64,000 bases of DNA from positions 321,842,001-321,906,000 of the forward strand of contig NW_027362761.1 of NCBI RefSeq assembly GCF_046119375.1. Direction: 5' to 3'. This DNA comes from Phyllobates terribilis. Lineage: Eukaryota. Shown here piece after piece: positions 1-14,445 of this stretch. The translations under genes were made by a program, and so were the position numbers. The first letter of the stretch is position 1. Each line of letters opens with the position of its first letter. The notes beneath the pieces are model-generated. The model saw only the letters and a list, made by a program, of their open reading frames with translations. It did not search any database and was not told the origin of the DNA.

Positions 1-2595
1 TATGGAGTTGTGTGAATTCAGCCTTTGAAAAATAATTGACATCTGCTGCCTTTGTACTAACTTATGATGAAGGTTGCGGACTGTAGCCCTCACCCTATAA
101 TTGTACACAAAGGAAGCATTTGCCAGGTACACTGTGTACAGGGCATACGCTAGGCATGCACATATGTGGTGTGCCAGTGAATGAATATCCCAGCCCTCTC
201 TTACGGACACCCCCTTTCCTCGCTCCCAAAAAACCCACAATTTTTTCTTACTGAATCCATGTGAAAGCATATATATATATTTTTAATTGCAGTTAATAAA
301 AACTGATGAATAAGTGCCAATCGTTCACCAACAGAAAACTTTCTTGGTATACATTTGGCTAATGAAGTGAATAGGCCTGACAGCAGATACATTCAGCATA
401 TACTAATGGAAGCTCTCCTGTTGTAAAGCCCAGATGTATTGTGAAAAGAGCCTTATGTGTGAAACACTGCAAATGTCTGAATATGTATTAAAAAGACAAT
501 GCATGTGTGGAGGTGTACAAAGAAAACTTACAGCAAATGGGAAAATGTTCAGTAACCTTGCTGTTATAATGAGCTATTAGTGTGTATACGTGTAGAGGTG
601 GTGGGGGCTCTGACAGTGAACAAAGACCAATAATTGGCTATTACATACCAACATTTTTGCTTTTCAAGGAATATACTTTTACTGAAAGATGCCTAGGCTG
701 CAGAACATTTTCTTTTATGCATCTACACTATTAAAAGTTCATGTGTATCATTTATATAATTACATTTAATGAACCATGTGGGCTTGCAACATAAAAAAGG
801 AATTTCAGTATGTGGACATGATTGGAAATCTCAAAAATGGCATACCTGCTTCAGTAGGACTAAAGACCCCTAAATGCAGAAACACAATTCACTGCACTCA
901 CAGAACTCTTGCGGGGAATAGAAGTGTACTCTGTTCAGGTCACTGCATTCTAAGGTCCTTTCAGAGGTTTGTTTGAATCCTATTTTCAGGAGGAACCCAC
1001 GAAAGCATTGCAGAAAATCAGTGTGAACATAGCCTAAGAAATCCCCATAGTCCTTACTTTATATCCTAAATAGATTCTTCATAACCCATAGTAATCTGAC
1101 GCTTTACTACAGATAGAAATGCATAGTAAATAGTTCTATTATCCTTATAGATATGAAATCTATTGTGGGAAAGTATAACTGAAGGCATCTTACACCACAA
1201 AACACTTTAGCATGGAACATGGAAAAAAGAATTGATTAGCTGAAAAGGGCGTCAATCCTAAAACATAAAATGCCTGCCATACTGCGTAAAGACAGCTCAC
1301 CAATTGTTACTAGCTTTTCAGTCTCCACATATTCCACATAGAAATTTCTATGATGAGTGAGGCTAACCTACGTTCACTCACCAAGAAGTCTTTCACCTTA
1401 TGATAGTTTAAAGTCAAAGTTTTATTCAGCTTTGCAGCCCTTCTGCAGAATGAATTCCAACGGACTAAAGGAACAGTTGTCGTTTTGATAAATGATGGAT
1501 TGATATGAAAAGATTTCCACTTGCTAAGATCCAGCAATTATTTTCATCTTACGGCGCATGTGTCTGCCTCCCCACAGAACTTTATGAGACACCGGGAGAT
1601 TTGCCAGTCTCATTTCAGAGGTCACCTTACGGATTCCATCTCTGAATTGATATCAAAACTACCTTTCTGCTCTATAAAAATTCAAACTGTTTGGAGCTGC
1701 CCACACTGAATCTCAATGACATGTAAATGCCTTGGAACACAGCAGTAGACCATTATGATGAGTGCAACGACGAGCAATGCAGACCTTCCTCTCAAGCAAG
1801 TATTTTCAAGACATGGCTGATAGATGTGAGCTTGAGTGTTACTATACCAACAGTAAAATGTTAAGTCGTATTTGATGTATTAGGTAATGTATTATACACT
1901 ACATGGCTGGTGCAATGACACATGACACAATTAAGAGAACATCCAGAGGAGTTATTGGCTACTAAGTAGGATGTGAACCACTGAAAGGTGAGCAGCTGTT
2001 TGCATATTTCCCAGTTATCCCATTATCTAGACAGCACAGAATTCTATACATGTTGTTCACTATGATGTCAATGCACACTAAAAAACAGACTGGTTATAAT
2101 GAGCAACAAACAAAGGTTTAGTGAAAGGCTGAGATAAGGTATAGTGCTGACAACAGAAGAAAAGAACACAATGCTTCCCTTTTTCACAGATAAGGAAGTT
2201 ATATTCTGCATGCCGGACAGGAAGGAAAAGACATTCAAAGGAGACATAGGGGCAAATTCTCTGCAAACCTCGAGGAGGATAAAATGGCTAAATTTTCAGG
2301 TTACCCGAATGATAAAAACATTAAAACAAATTCACTCAGCACAGTGGACCTTACAGAATAGAACAAGAAAATGGGAGAAACAATGCAAAAGAAAAAAATC
2401 AATGTAGCTTGTGCAGCCTGGCAGAAAGGAAAAGTACAGATAATTAGCCCATGTGGCATACAGGTGGCAAAATGTCAGACTGGGACAATGAACTGGACAT
2501 TACTGGTAGCAAAGCTCGTGATCTTATTGGTTGACATTCTACATGAATGAAGGAACTCACATCCTTACGCCCACCCCCCACCATACACATTAGAC

Positions 2596-3208
2596 CACAC
2601 ATGTCAAACTTTGGCCGATGCATTGCACCTTCTACTGTATCTGCATCCTGGATGCCGATATAGATGAAGCAATGATGGAAGAGGGGACCCGTCAGCTGAC
2701 ATTCCCTCCTCCATCATTCTCCCTCTGCGTGTGACCTCCCAGCGTAGCAGGAATGATGATGCCAATATTTCGTGCCCGCTGTGTCGAGCAGTGAAGAGCT
2801 GCAGAAGACACCCTGCAGAGACGGGGCCATTATACTGTATGGAGGACTATGTGGGGCCCATTATACTGTATGGAGGACTATGTGGGGCCCATTATACTGT
2901 ATGGAGGACTGTGTGGGGCCCATTATACTGTATGGAGGACTATGTGGGGCCCATTATACTGTATGGAGGACTATGTGGGGCCCATTATACTATATGGAGG
3001 ACTATGTGGGGCCCATTATACTATATGGAGGACTATGTGGGGCCCATTATTCTGTATGGAGGACTATGTGCGGCCATTATTCTGTAAGAAATGATAAGGA
3101 AAAACGTCCTCAATTGTAGATGTGTTTTTAATAAATATCAAGGTTGGCCCACGACTTTGTCCAAGTTTTTAATTTTGTCCCTCTGTGTATTTGAGTTTGA
3201 CATCTCTG
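2596..3208. mobile_element. Non-autonomous hAT MITE with internal minisatellite
   Basis: TIRs CACACATGTCAAACT / AGTTTGACATCTCTG and a perfect 8-bp TSD cattagac (2588-2595, 3209-3216). Confidence 0.9.
2823..3085 (+). repeat. 31-bp minisatellite, about 8.5 copies
   Basis: Unit ggggcccattatactgtatggaggactatgt; explains the 31-aa periodic ORFs in all three plus frames. Confidence 0.95.
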
Positions 3209-3305
3209 CATTAGACTAATATCAACAGACGGCCTAATGTGTACGGTATGTGTTGGGAAGTTGAGGTCCAGCCGACAGCTTTCTATTATGTATGGGGGAG
3301 GCTTT

Positions 3306-4244
3306 AGGATATGTTCATATAACAGAAATACTGTGCATTTTCAGACATACAAAAGTGCTACAGAGGTTTTCAATGCAGAATGTGATCTGTGGCATGGATT
3401 TTTTTAAATTTGCAGTTTTGTGGATTTTCACATTGAGTTCAATGGTAAAGTCAAAATCCACAACAAATCCTAATTTTTGCAGATTTTGAGAAAGGAAAAC
3501 CCAAAAGTTAAAATATATTCTCAAAGCTTAAAATAAGAAAAATCTGTATACTAATATCTCCTGGTGTTCCTACGGCTCTCCTGCTGTCACCATTAATGTC
3601 TATGGCACCGCCGGCTCATACGTTTGGACCCCGTTTTGCAGGGGATAGATAGAGAGATTGGCCGAGGACAGGTTAATACTACCATGAGTGTATAAGAAGT
3701 GAGTATACAGATATTTAAAATGTAGCTGATTGCAAAGGCAAATCAACAAGTAAACTTGCAAAAATATCTGCATGCTTAAAGAAGCACTCTTATCAAAGTT
3801 TTTAGCCTCTTAATATTTTGAAATCATCATATTATATGGCACTGTGTACTTACAATTGCTCATTTTACCTTTCTAGCCAGTTAATTCTTCTGTTTTCCAA
3901 TTGGTCAATGACATCACGTGATTACAAACTGACTAAGTGAATCCTTTTAAGCTCTATGTAGAAACAGGAGATCAATTTTACCTGCATGAGTCATGAGTCA
4001 CTGTCAAAGTCCCTTGCAGGGGGAGGAGCAGAGCAGCTGGGTGAAGAGTTGAAGAGGGGAATGATTTTTGAAGTTACTAGAGATTTCCTGTTTTTACATA
4101 GAGCAGATAAAAGAGAAGAATTAGCTGGGTAGAAAAGCAAAATGAGCAAGTGTAAGTACACATTGCTTCTTTAACAGCACTTTTCCTTGCAGTTTTCTTT
4201 GGAAATTTTTGCACAATAATGTGCAGTATGCGAACATACCCTAA
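3306..4244. mobile_element. TTAA-type MITE with a second long-TIR MITE nested at about 3780-4172
   Basis: Outer ends aggatatgttca / gaacataccct. Inner element agaagcact...tgcttct is bounded by ttaa and has long internal inverted arms (gtgtacttacaattgctcatttt vs aaaatgagcaagtgtaagtacac). Confidence 0.65.
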
Positions 4245-4245
4245 A

Positions 4246-5040
4246 AGGCCCCGTCACACATAACGAGATCGCTAGTGAGATCGTTGATACGTCACGGTTT
4301 ATGTGACACAATAGCGATCTTGCTAGCGATCTCGTTATGTCTGACAGGTAGCAACGATCAGGCCCCTGCTGTGAGATCGCTGATCGTTACAAAGCTTCCT
4401 GGACCATTCCTGGGTCGTTGCGCTCCCGCTGGGCAGTGTGCATCGCTGTATTTGACACCTTATCAACGACCTCGTTAGCGATTCAAAACTGAGACACGTA
4501 GGTGTGCATAAATTGGACTTTTCCGTGCCCCTCGTCCCCGATTGGTAGTCGCTACAGCGTTCTCATTTTCTGCCGTGCATAAAGAAGGCAACAGAATAGC
4601 GATTCCATCCTTTGTTTCTGACCTCGTGCTGGATTGCAGATCCTAGCAGAATTCTCCGGGCTGTTGATATGTGGAGTCACAGCCGAAGAACACTACTACA
4701 ATCCACAAACCAGAACGCTTGTCAGGAACAAAGCCCAGATGAATGGATACAGAGTCACAGCCGCCAATCGGAGATGAGGGGGCGTGGAAAAGTAATTTTA
4801 TGCACGCCTTTGTGACACAGTACAGTCCCTATCAAGGTGTGGATTGTTGAAATGGCTGCTGTGTGAAAGCGTCCCAACGACCGCCGAGATCGTTAGTTAG
4901 ATCGCTGGGGCGGCCGAAATCGTTGGGAAGTTCTGCATGTTTGACAGCTCCCCAGCGATCACGAAATGACTCTCCAGCGATCCCAAAACTGTGATGTAAT
5001 AATGATCTCGCTAGCGATCTCGTTATGTGTGACGGGGCCT
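4246..5040. mobile_element. Palindromic T2/Kolobok-like MITE
   Basis: TIR AGGCCCCGTCACACATAACGAGATCGCTAG / CTAGCGATCTCGTTATGTGTGACGGGGCCT followed by ttaa; further internal inverted repeats. Confidence 0.85.
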
Positions 5041-5044
5041 TTAA

Positions 5045-5570
5045 GGCCCATTTAGACAAGCTGATAATCTCATGAACAATCTGTCTATGATTATCGGCTG
5101 GTGTAAACATTACCTAATGAATGAGTAAAACACTCATCCATTGGGTGATTGAATAGTTTCATGCTGACATTAAAATCATTGTAAATCGCCAGCAAATCAT
5201 CCTGTGTAAACAGGAGATGTGCTGCCTATAATATGATCTTTTTGTGCACGTAGATGATTATGTTAATGATCATTCAGTGCACACAGAATTCTGGTTTGCC
5301 TGTCTAAACAAGCCATTAAACGACAGCCCATCAGCTTGTATGACCCTTTACATCATAGGTGTTGCTCAAAAAAGACAAAGGTGCATTAACAACTCAAGAT
5401 TCTTGTAAACGAAAGTTCCTATGGACGCTCGTTCATGATAATCTTTTCAGTACAAACAGGCTGCCGATAACCCCCACGAGAAAAACCCTTGTTCAAGGGT
5501 TAAATTATCTTTTGCGCTGCACAAAAGATCATCATTCTTGGCAGCGCATTGTCTTGTGTAAATAGGACCT
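5045..5570. mobile_element. Degenerate palindromic MITE abutting the previous element
   Basis: Starts ggcccatttagac directly after the shared ttaa and ends gtgtaaataggacct; repeated gtgtaaac/gtctaaac subunits. Confidence 0.5.
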
Positions 5571-5712
5571 GAGCTGCCAAGAACATTATCAGCCTATGCG
5601 CACTGATCGATCAATTACAAATTGTATAGTACGCATTGTTAAGCATGGCCTGCCTGTGTAACCAGCTATTAAATGGCCACCAATCAGTAAATATTTACTG
5701 ATTGGTGGGCGT

Positions 5713-6024
5713 TAGTGATGGGCGAGCCTACACGGCACTGTTCGATACTCGATCAAGCATCGAGCAGTGTCCGAGTATCGCGTGGTGCTCGAGTCCCAGT
5801 AAGAACCTAATTTGAATCATCTGAGCTGCGTGCCGTACTGAAGTGAGGTATTCCCTGCTGGGAGCGCTCGGACTCCTCTGTCACTGAGAGAGAAACATAG
5901 TGCTCTGGAAAAATGCTCAAGTTTCACATTCACTTCCATTATGCATGGTACTTGAGTTGAGCATGCCCAAACATCCGACGTGCTCGATTTGAGTGCCGAG
6001 CATTTCAGTGCTCGATCATCACTA
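5713..6024. mobile_element. hAT (Ac/Tol2-like) MITE
   Basis: TIRs TAGTGATGGGCGAG / CTCGATCATCACTA; degenerate 8-bp TSD gtgggcgt / ctggtcgt; CpG-rich ctcga subrepeats. Confidence 0.75.
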
Positions 6025-7409
6025 CTGGTCGTGTAATGCTCTACAGAAGCTCTGTACACACCATTTTCCGTGAACACAAATATAACATTCTCTCACACCA
6101 AAATGTGCCAGATAATATGCCCGTCGATGGCACATGGCATAGTTTGTATGGTATTCAATATGAATCTGATAGAACAATACCTTTGCATGCCTTCATGTGA
6201 AACTTACTGTATATGGATGTACAGCATGGCCATTCAGTGGAAACGAATTCATGTATTCTGTAGGACTGGTATCACAGATTAAGAGTAACAAGAAATACTG
6301 GATGTCCATCCAGTTTACCAAGCAACATTAAATAGAAAGCAATCTGTGCATGAAAACTTCACTTTGTCCAAACAAATTAAAGGGGTAGCTGATATGGTTT
6401 GTTATCTCTTCCTTAATTGTATCCGTTCACAGCTGTCTGATGTTGGAAAAGAAAGGTGCTAAAAGGAAGCAGGGAAACAAACATTATTTCTCATCTCTCT
6501 GTGCCAGATCTCCCCGCAGTTGGAAACATGCCTGCTGGAAGCCTTTAGCCCAACATGGCTTTGAACTTGCTTTCACTAGACTCCATTTGAGCTTGCATTA
6601 TAGCACATGCTAATGAGTACTTGCCATCCTGTAGGGCTTTTTTAAGTTTGTTTCAAAATATGCATTTGTAAATTTATATTAAAAAGCCTGATTTTGTGTT
6701 ATTTCATCTGCTGGAGACACATTCAGAAGTGTAAAGCAGGAATTTGCAAGTTTAGTCTCTAAAGAGAATTCCAATTTTTGAACATAGGCACATTTAAAAA
6801 CAAAATATAAAAAGCAGATAAAAGTCCACAATAAATTGCTTTGAACATTTAACAACAGCTTAGAGACTGTGGATAGAAATGGCTTTTTTTTTCTTTTAGA
6901 GATCTCTGCAAGAACAAGTTATATAAACGGCAAATAAATCACCTAAAAAATTACACAAACTACTAAGAGCCAATGTCAAAAAATAAATTCTTAGGGTATA
7001 GCAAATTTAAAAGTTGTGCAGGATCCATCATTCTAAAATTCTTGGCAAAAAAGTAGTTTTGTTGTGGTTTGCATTTTCAGTTGTCCTGTAACTGCTTTTA
7101 CTAGGGAAATTTCCTACTGTATTTAAAATGTAATGTAGGAAAAACACTATCAACTACATTCATTATTAAAGATAACATCTTCAGAAAGTGTGGTAGTGGT
7201 CCAAACTGTAGCGTGACAGTGCTGGCCCTGGTGGCAGGAAATAGTAACGCTGTGACACGCTTGGTACATGATATTAGCAGTAGCTTGAAACTACAGTGGA
7301 GCCACAATTAAGGGGTCTGAAAGCCACACGAGACTCCTCAATCACTGATTGTCAGCACCAAGTATTAGGCGGTCTTATACCATTTTTACCGTTTGAACAG
7401 TAAACATTT

Positions 7410-7815
7410 AACGAGGACCTGTCACCAAGTCAAAAGTGGACAGTTTTTGCTATTTTTTTTAATTCCTGCTGCTCCCCTGAGAATATGATTTTTACTTTTT
7501 TTAAAAATCCACCATACGGTTCCAGAGGTATGGACTTTTTGTTTCGTGCTTTTTATGGTCTTTACAAAGGGGGCACTGCTCACTGGTTACTTATGTAGAG
7601 CTGCCTAAGGACACATCTCCAGAGAATCCTGTGAGCCAAGTAAAGACCATTAAAATGTACACTAAATAAAAAGATCCATATCTCTGGAACCATAATGGTG
7701 GATTTATTAAAAAAAAACAACAAAAAAAAAAAAACCCAGCATACTCAGGGGAGCAAAACGAATAATAAAAGAGCAAAAACAGACCACTTTTGACCTGACA
7801 ACAGGTTTATTTTAA
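7410..7815. mobile_element. T2-type MITE
   Basis: ttaa-bounded; arms gacctgtcaccaagtcaaaagtgg / ccacttttgacctgacaacagg, with a second inner inverted pair. Confidence 0.65.
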
Positions 7816-7940
7816 ACATTAGTGCCCTGATTCATCAGGTTCGGTGTTGATGAAGAAGCGTGTTGGAGTCAGTGGCGCTTTTTTTTTTTTTTATGTTTCT
7901 TTAGAAGACTTGCATGCCCATCTTGGCGTGGTTGACATTA

Positions 7941-8494
7941 AAGGGGTTGTCCACTACTTATTATCCCTTCCCCAATGTATCCCCCCGGGGCCCATAAGTG
8001 TCTTTGTAATTACCTTCTGTTGCAGGTTGTGCCTGTGAGTGGCGCTATCAATGGCCGCTCACAGGCAGCACGTGACCCTCGGCTGCAGCCGGCTCTGACA
8101 TCCACTGATGTCACGACAAGTCCAGGCTGCAGCCGGGGGTCCCTCTTCTGCGTTCCACTGGTGGATGCTGGGTAGTGGGTGGGGTTATCCCCCGCGTCAT
8201 ACCCAGCATCCACACCGCGCTCTCCCTCTCCCATTCATTGGGAAAGCACGCGGAGGATGCTGGGTGTGATGCGTGGGAAACCCCGCCCACAGCCCAGCAT
8301 CCACAGCGGGGATCGCGTCACTGATGTCACACCTGACTTGACGTGACATCAGTGGCGGGTCACGTGATGCCTGTGAGTGGCCCGTGATAGCGCTGCTTAA
8401 AGGCAGAACCTGCAACAGAAGGTAATTACAAAAACACTTATGGGCCCCGGGGGGATACGTTGGGGGCATAAAAAAAAGTTGTGGCCAACTTCTT
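7941..8494. mobile_element. GC-rich T2-type MITE with ~90-bp TIRs
   Basis: aggggttgtccactac...cccggggcccataagtgtctttgtaattaccttctgttgcaggtt is mirrored at the right end. Confidence 0.8.
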
Positions 8495-11400
8495 TAGTGG
8501 CAGAATCCCTTTAATGGAATGGGCATTCATATAGGAACAACTTTTGCGACCATGATTCTTTGTGTATGAAGTGAAGTAAATAACAAACTTGTATAGACAG
8601 ATGAGGACAGCTATTTTCATATTGAGCCATCAAATTCTCTGGACCACCACCTTTATTATACCACAAGAGGTTATTTAGTACTATGACCATCTCTAGTCTT
8701 TCTTCTGAGAATACTCTGGAATAGAAAGAAACTAATAAGGTTCTTGTCTTTCCATCCTCCTTTGAGTGAATAGATAGCGTCAAGCATATTAGCAAGCAGG
8801 CAAAAGCTTGATGAAATTATCAGACCGCCATGGTATAAACAATTTTAAGTTAATTTAGGAGCGGAGGTGAATATAAAAAGAAAAAAAATCCCACAAGGTA
8901 ATCAAGTAAATCAGGTAATTATATCCTGGAAGAGCAGATTACATCATGGAAATTAACCAGACTGCGGCTCATACCTCAGAGAAAAGCAAAGCTTTCACAC
9001 ACCAATTACACGTTATCATTTTGTGTATACATTATATTTACTGATAAGCAAAACACTTCCTAAACTCTCCCCAGAAATAAACAATGAATTAATCTAGCAT
9101 GAGCAATTTAGTCTTCTTCGCCTTTATTAAATTTGTGATTACTAGTAACTTTTCCAGCTCTAGCAAGATACATTATGCCCATGTACAGTATATAGGAAAC
9201 CTGACTGTATACATCTAGTTTCCAAAGAACCTGTCACTGTGACGGAGACTAATAAAAATGCATCATCAGTGTACTTTTACAGCCGCTGTTATGGGAGAAA
9301 GATGAGTGTGTCGCTCAAAGTGCGATGCTAAAAATATATACCCTGTTACGCCTGCTTTTACAAGCCACAATACCTTTACACTCTGTTCCTTGCCCCCCAA
9401 TTATATGCTAGGGTTCTGCCAGATGACGAAGGATCCCATCAGCATGCACAAACAATCTTTTGGCGGCCCTGGTTTCCAGGAGGCTCTGGCAATACTCAGG
9501 AGTTCTGCTAACTCTTCTGCAATATCTCCAATTTTTTTTAGCTACAGTACCTTACAGATGTTTTGTGAAAGTTGGCAAGCATGATCATTAGTACCATAAT
9601 GTAATAAAAAGTTATTCCAAGATGCAAAATTGCATCAATTAAACAGACCCTCCCCAGAATAACACTGATTTTGTGGAATCACTTGACCACTTTTCAGCCA
9701 GTTAACACGGGGTATAGATACCATGACTTCGCGCACAGAGTCACAGAATGTAGCATACAATCCTTCTCGGAACTGCTAATTGACCGACAACGATCATTTG
9801 ATTGACAACTCAAGTTCCAGAACTTAGTGGATACTGGTAATGTGGTAAATAATACAATTGTACGATTCCGCAATACAAATAAGCATTTCTGTGTGGTCTC
9901 CATAATTGCTTTTGCAGAACTGTCCAGCTGTAGGAGACATTACAATTGGGATACCATTATTTTCTGTGACAGGCTCTGCATATTGCCCCCAATGTATTAT
10001 GTTCTTGAAAAGCTTGGGTGACGAAGGATGCCTTTGTGGCATTTCGTTTCAAAGGTTTCTATTAAGCGTTTTACAAAAGGAAATGAATAGAGGGGTTAGT
10101 CAAATTTAACCACGCAAGCGGCATAAAGAATGATCTCCCATCATTTTTCAACAATTTCAGAACAGAATAAGAAAAAATGGAAATTAAGTTTGCAATATCA
10201 TGGAAGGAAGGGATATATATCCATGGTACCTCAGTATGTGAACAAAATTCATTCCACCTAACATTCGTTCGTTGGGTGATTGGCAGCCTGTTTACACTGA
10301 CAATTATTGGGAAATGGATGTTTCTAGGGAAGCTTGTTCCCAATAATCAGACAGTGCAAATAAACCCGTCAACAAAAGATGTAATGTGCCTAGACCTTGT
10401 TATAAAGACCATTTCATATCATTTATGCCCATCTTCGGGATAACATCATTTTCTTAGTATGTATATCATAGGGAAAACTGGGGACTGGAGTTTAGGATTT
10501 AAATTTGGTAGCATTTCAAAGAATTAGGGAATGACCACATAGGGGAAATTGGCGTGTAATATCATGTAGGTAACCCTTAACCTGTATTTATTCTGCTACA
10601 GGAGAGCATTTCATTACCTTGCTCAGCATCCCATCCACGTACTGAGGATCATTTCCATGCTGAACTTCACCTGCTCTGTGGATTTTTAAATTTGCAGCCA
10701 CTAAATGAATAGGGGGGAATTTGCTGCAAATCAGTACCAAAAATCAACATAGATTTTTTTGCCACATGTGGATGTACCCTTTAATGGGGAATATCTCACA
10801 TTTTTGTCTTGATACATATTGCAATAAATAGAAGAAGGGACCAATTCTTCTATCTTCAAGGTCATTCCTTAACATTCTCAAGGCAATCATAAAACTTTTT
10901 ACATTTTTCATTACTTCCTTGTAGGGACTGACAAAGTGCACTAGAGAGGAAGCAGGACAGCACAGGAGCCGTCTTCTGCAGATGTTTATACATTAAAATT
11001 TATGGGATCCAACATGTATTTATGATGGCACAAAGTGTAAAATACTGATAAAACTGCTGTAATTGATTAAAATTCAAAAACAAGAGACTATTAATAGAGT
11101 ATTTTTAACAAAAGCATCTAATTTAGTGCAAACTTAAGGTGCATTTACGCTGGCCGATTGTAGTTTATGAGCGTTTCTAAAAACGCTCGTGTCCTGATAA
11201 ATGGCCAGTGTAAATAGCCTGCCAATCACCTGAGGAACAAATGGAATACTTGTTCAAGTAAAATTATTTTTAAGTTTGATTAAAAGTCTTCATTTTTGGC
11301 AGCACATTGTCTGGGGTAAATAGGACATAGGCTGTCATTGCTTTTGGCAACACATGTACAGAGAAAACGATAAACTATTATCGCTATATGTTCACATTGG

Positions 11401-13784
11401 AATCATGGTCAGCCTGTCTAACAGACTATTAGATGAAAGCCAATTGGCTTCTGTTTATGGACAGTATGAAAATGTGCCATATTTATTGTAGTGATTCATG
11501 CTGTTTGATAAATCTGGTGCATCTTCACAACATCTAAACTTACTTTGTGCAGAAATTTGCACCACTTTTTTTTGGAACAAGGTGTTGAATGTTAGACCCT
11601 TTTTTCCGCCTAAGCCACAGCTTTCTGCCCCATTGTCTGACAACCGCTTCTATTTGAAATAAAGGTTTTTTCTCCTCTTTGAATCCCCATACTCCGCTCC
11701 AGATCTGAAACTAGCTGTTGATGTAAGAATAAATGGTGTTATTTTTTATTCAGACAAGGCATATGTCAGGACAAACCATTGGGAGAAAAAACGTGGCAAT
11801 TTACAGTGAATTAATCTGTTCAAAATTAAACAGCTCGTAAGAGTGCCCTATAAAACCAGGTCAAAATGACAAACATCCCAAGTTCATTTCATTCAGGAAA
11901 AAAAAAAACATTGGCAGGAAGACTTCAAAGAGAATAATTACTGACTGAGCACAGAATGCAGCATTTAATTCTTTCTGCTTTCAGAGAGAAACTATGTGTA
12001 ATAATGATACATTTATCCTCTCAACCCCTGATTAAGATTTCTCTGTGGATTTAGAGGAGTGCAGCAGCAGATACTCCATCATGAGCTTCCATTCTGTGTT
12101 CAAGGATGTTCTCTCCCCATTCAATGCTAGCATAAAGACATTACTCCCCCTCCGCGCACACATCCATGTCCCTGACTGAAGTCACAGGTAGAGAAGATTA
12201 CATTTACATTTCAGAAATTATTGCTACATCTCCCCTGAGATATGAAGTACAACATATATTTTCAACGGCAGCTGAAGAAACCTGCATCAGAGCTAGGAAT
12301 TTCATTAGCCAGGTCGAGAGGTCACAACCCCAATGCCCTTAAGGATTATCCGGATCAAAACCACATTTTGCTTGATATTTAATTGTAGACTAAATAAAGC
12401 CACAAATAGGCCAATCATGCTGTTTGATATTTGACCATTTCTGGCCAAGTCACATTAGATCTGCATGTTCATCCCTCAATGCCATCACTGATCCTCATTG
12501 GGGTGAGACTCTGTAGAGCCAAATTTGATTTTAATTGTGTGTTTACAATGAGTGGGAAACCATAGTAATAACTTTATCGTAATTATTAGCATCAACCTCT
12601 CAAACAAAAACCTCAACTGACCCAGAGTACATTGCATCTATGGAAGAAACTCTCCTCAGTTTATGATTCTTCAAAAGAGTGTTCATAGGAACTTGTGCTT
12701 TCTGGTGTGCAACCCTTCACTTCACTAACGCAGTCTTAATCACTGAAAAGCCAATGACTGGATGATAATTTCAGATCAATGTGACAAGCCCATGTCCCCA
12801 CCAGGTTACACAATCAGGCACAGTAACCATTCAGGCTCTTTTGCTACCATACTGTACAGAAAATTCACTATAGATTACCAAGAGTGAGCATGCTACTAAA
12901 CAGACCATAAGGGGCATCGGCCAAGCTGCTGTACTGAAAATATGTGCCGATTAAAGGGCTATTCCAGTCACTGTATCATGTCGAATCCTAAACATGTGTA
13001 ATATACACACTGTTAGGATTGTGCTCTACTTGCAGATATGAGAGGTCGTCACATGGCCGGGTACATATGATTAGAATACTTGCAGGCACGTGATGACTAC
13101 CTTCTCTTCCTGCTTCTCTGAAGTGAAGATAGTCATCATGTGCCCTTAAGTATCCAAATTGCATGTGAGCGGTCATATGACTACATTGTGAATCTGTAAT
13201 AGAGAGGAATCCTAACAATGTGTATATTATACACCTTTAGGAATCAGCACAATACAGTGCCTGCCAAAAATTAACACTGGCAAAGAAAACTTCAAGTTGC
13301 CAGTTAAGGTTAAGAGTGTTATTTCTGGTCACACGTTCCCTTTAAGACAGAAAACTGGCATAATCATAGAAAAATAAAAAGTAAAACACAAACATTTGGT
13401 AAAAGGAGTTCCATTTTTTAATTAAAGATGCTACGAATCCTTTGTGAAATTATCTGCTAGGAAAAGTAAATTACAATGAAATAATAATTAAAACTCAAAA
13501 TTGTCACTCTTTATCTTCATAGACAGGTCTGCTATAGAAGTCTGGCTGCGGAGTTGGTCACAAGATGTTAAACGTGTTCTCAATTTAATGGTTCACTGCA
13601 TTTAGTCCTATTTGAAAGTCCCCTCATACACATTTACTTGCATACTATAATTTCTAAAATTATGATTTACAGAGGGCTTTACAATTTAATACAACCGCAC
13701 ATTTTTATTATCTAGAAATTTTACAATGTATGTGGGGTACAAAATAAAAGTGTCACCTTTCTGGGAAAAGACTCAAAGGCCTAA

Positions 13785-14445
13785 ATGTGCCCATACACAT
13801 TACAGCCGAGTCGTCCAAATTGGCTTTTTGGCGGGGTCAGACAATTATCTTATGAATATGGGGGTTTTCAGAGTATTGATGTGTTGAATTTCAACTCCTT
13901 TTCCTTTGTTCCCACAGACATAAGTCGCCACTAAAGGGGTTCAGCAGCTGCTTATTCCAGTTTCCCCATTTGAAAACACTGGAATGTTTGACCAAACCGA
14001 GCATGCATGGGTATGGGAGCTGTTGGATGACATCTGATGAAGGTGTATAGGCACCTTAAGGGTATGTTCACATATGGCATTTTTAGAGCGTTTTTCTGCA
14101 TAAAAGAAGCTGATATTTACAGCACCAGCAAAAGCGATGAGATTTCAGAAATCTAATTCACATTTTTAGAACTGTGTTTTTGAAATTCTGCAATACGTAA
14201 ATTCTTTCATCGTTTTCTACCCATTGAAAGTAATGAGAAACTGCAAAAATGCTGAAAAAAGCAACATATTATTTGTACTGTGTGTTTGCAGCGTTTTTTT
14301 TTTGTGTGAATATAGCTAACTGTATTGATATGTTACTAGAGAAATCACACACGTAATCTGCCTCAAAACACTGCAAAAACACAGCAATTTTTACTGCCAA
14401 GAAAAAATAAAAACTGCAAAAACGTCACGCCTGAATATACCCATA
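13785..14445. mobile_element. Two abutting TTAA-type MITEs
   Basis: gtgcccatacac...gtgtataggcacct, shared taa, then gggtatgttcac...gaatataccc. Confidence 0.6.

Noticed and set aside
1290-1720. 75-aa and 62-aa ORFs as possible retroelement remnants
   Set aside because: No recognisable RT, endonuclease or other motif.
2731-3119. Three overlapping ORFs with repeating GAHYTVWRTMWGPLYCMEDYVGPIILYGGLC
   Set aside because: Artefact of a 31-bp stop-free minisatellite inside a MITE.
9600-10443. Cluster of overlapping short ORFs
   Set aside because: No motif, splice support or consistent frame; expected by chance.
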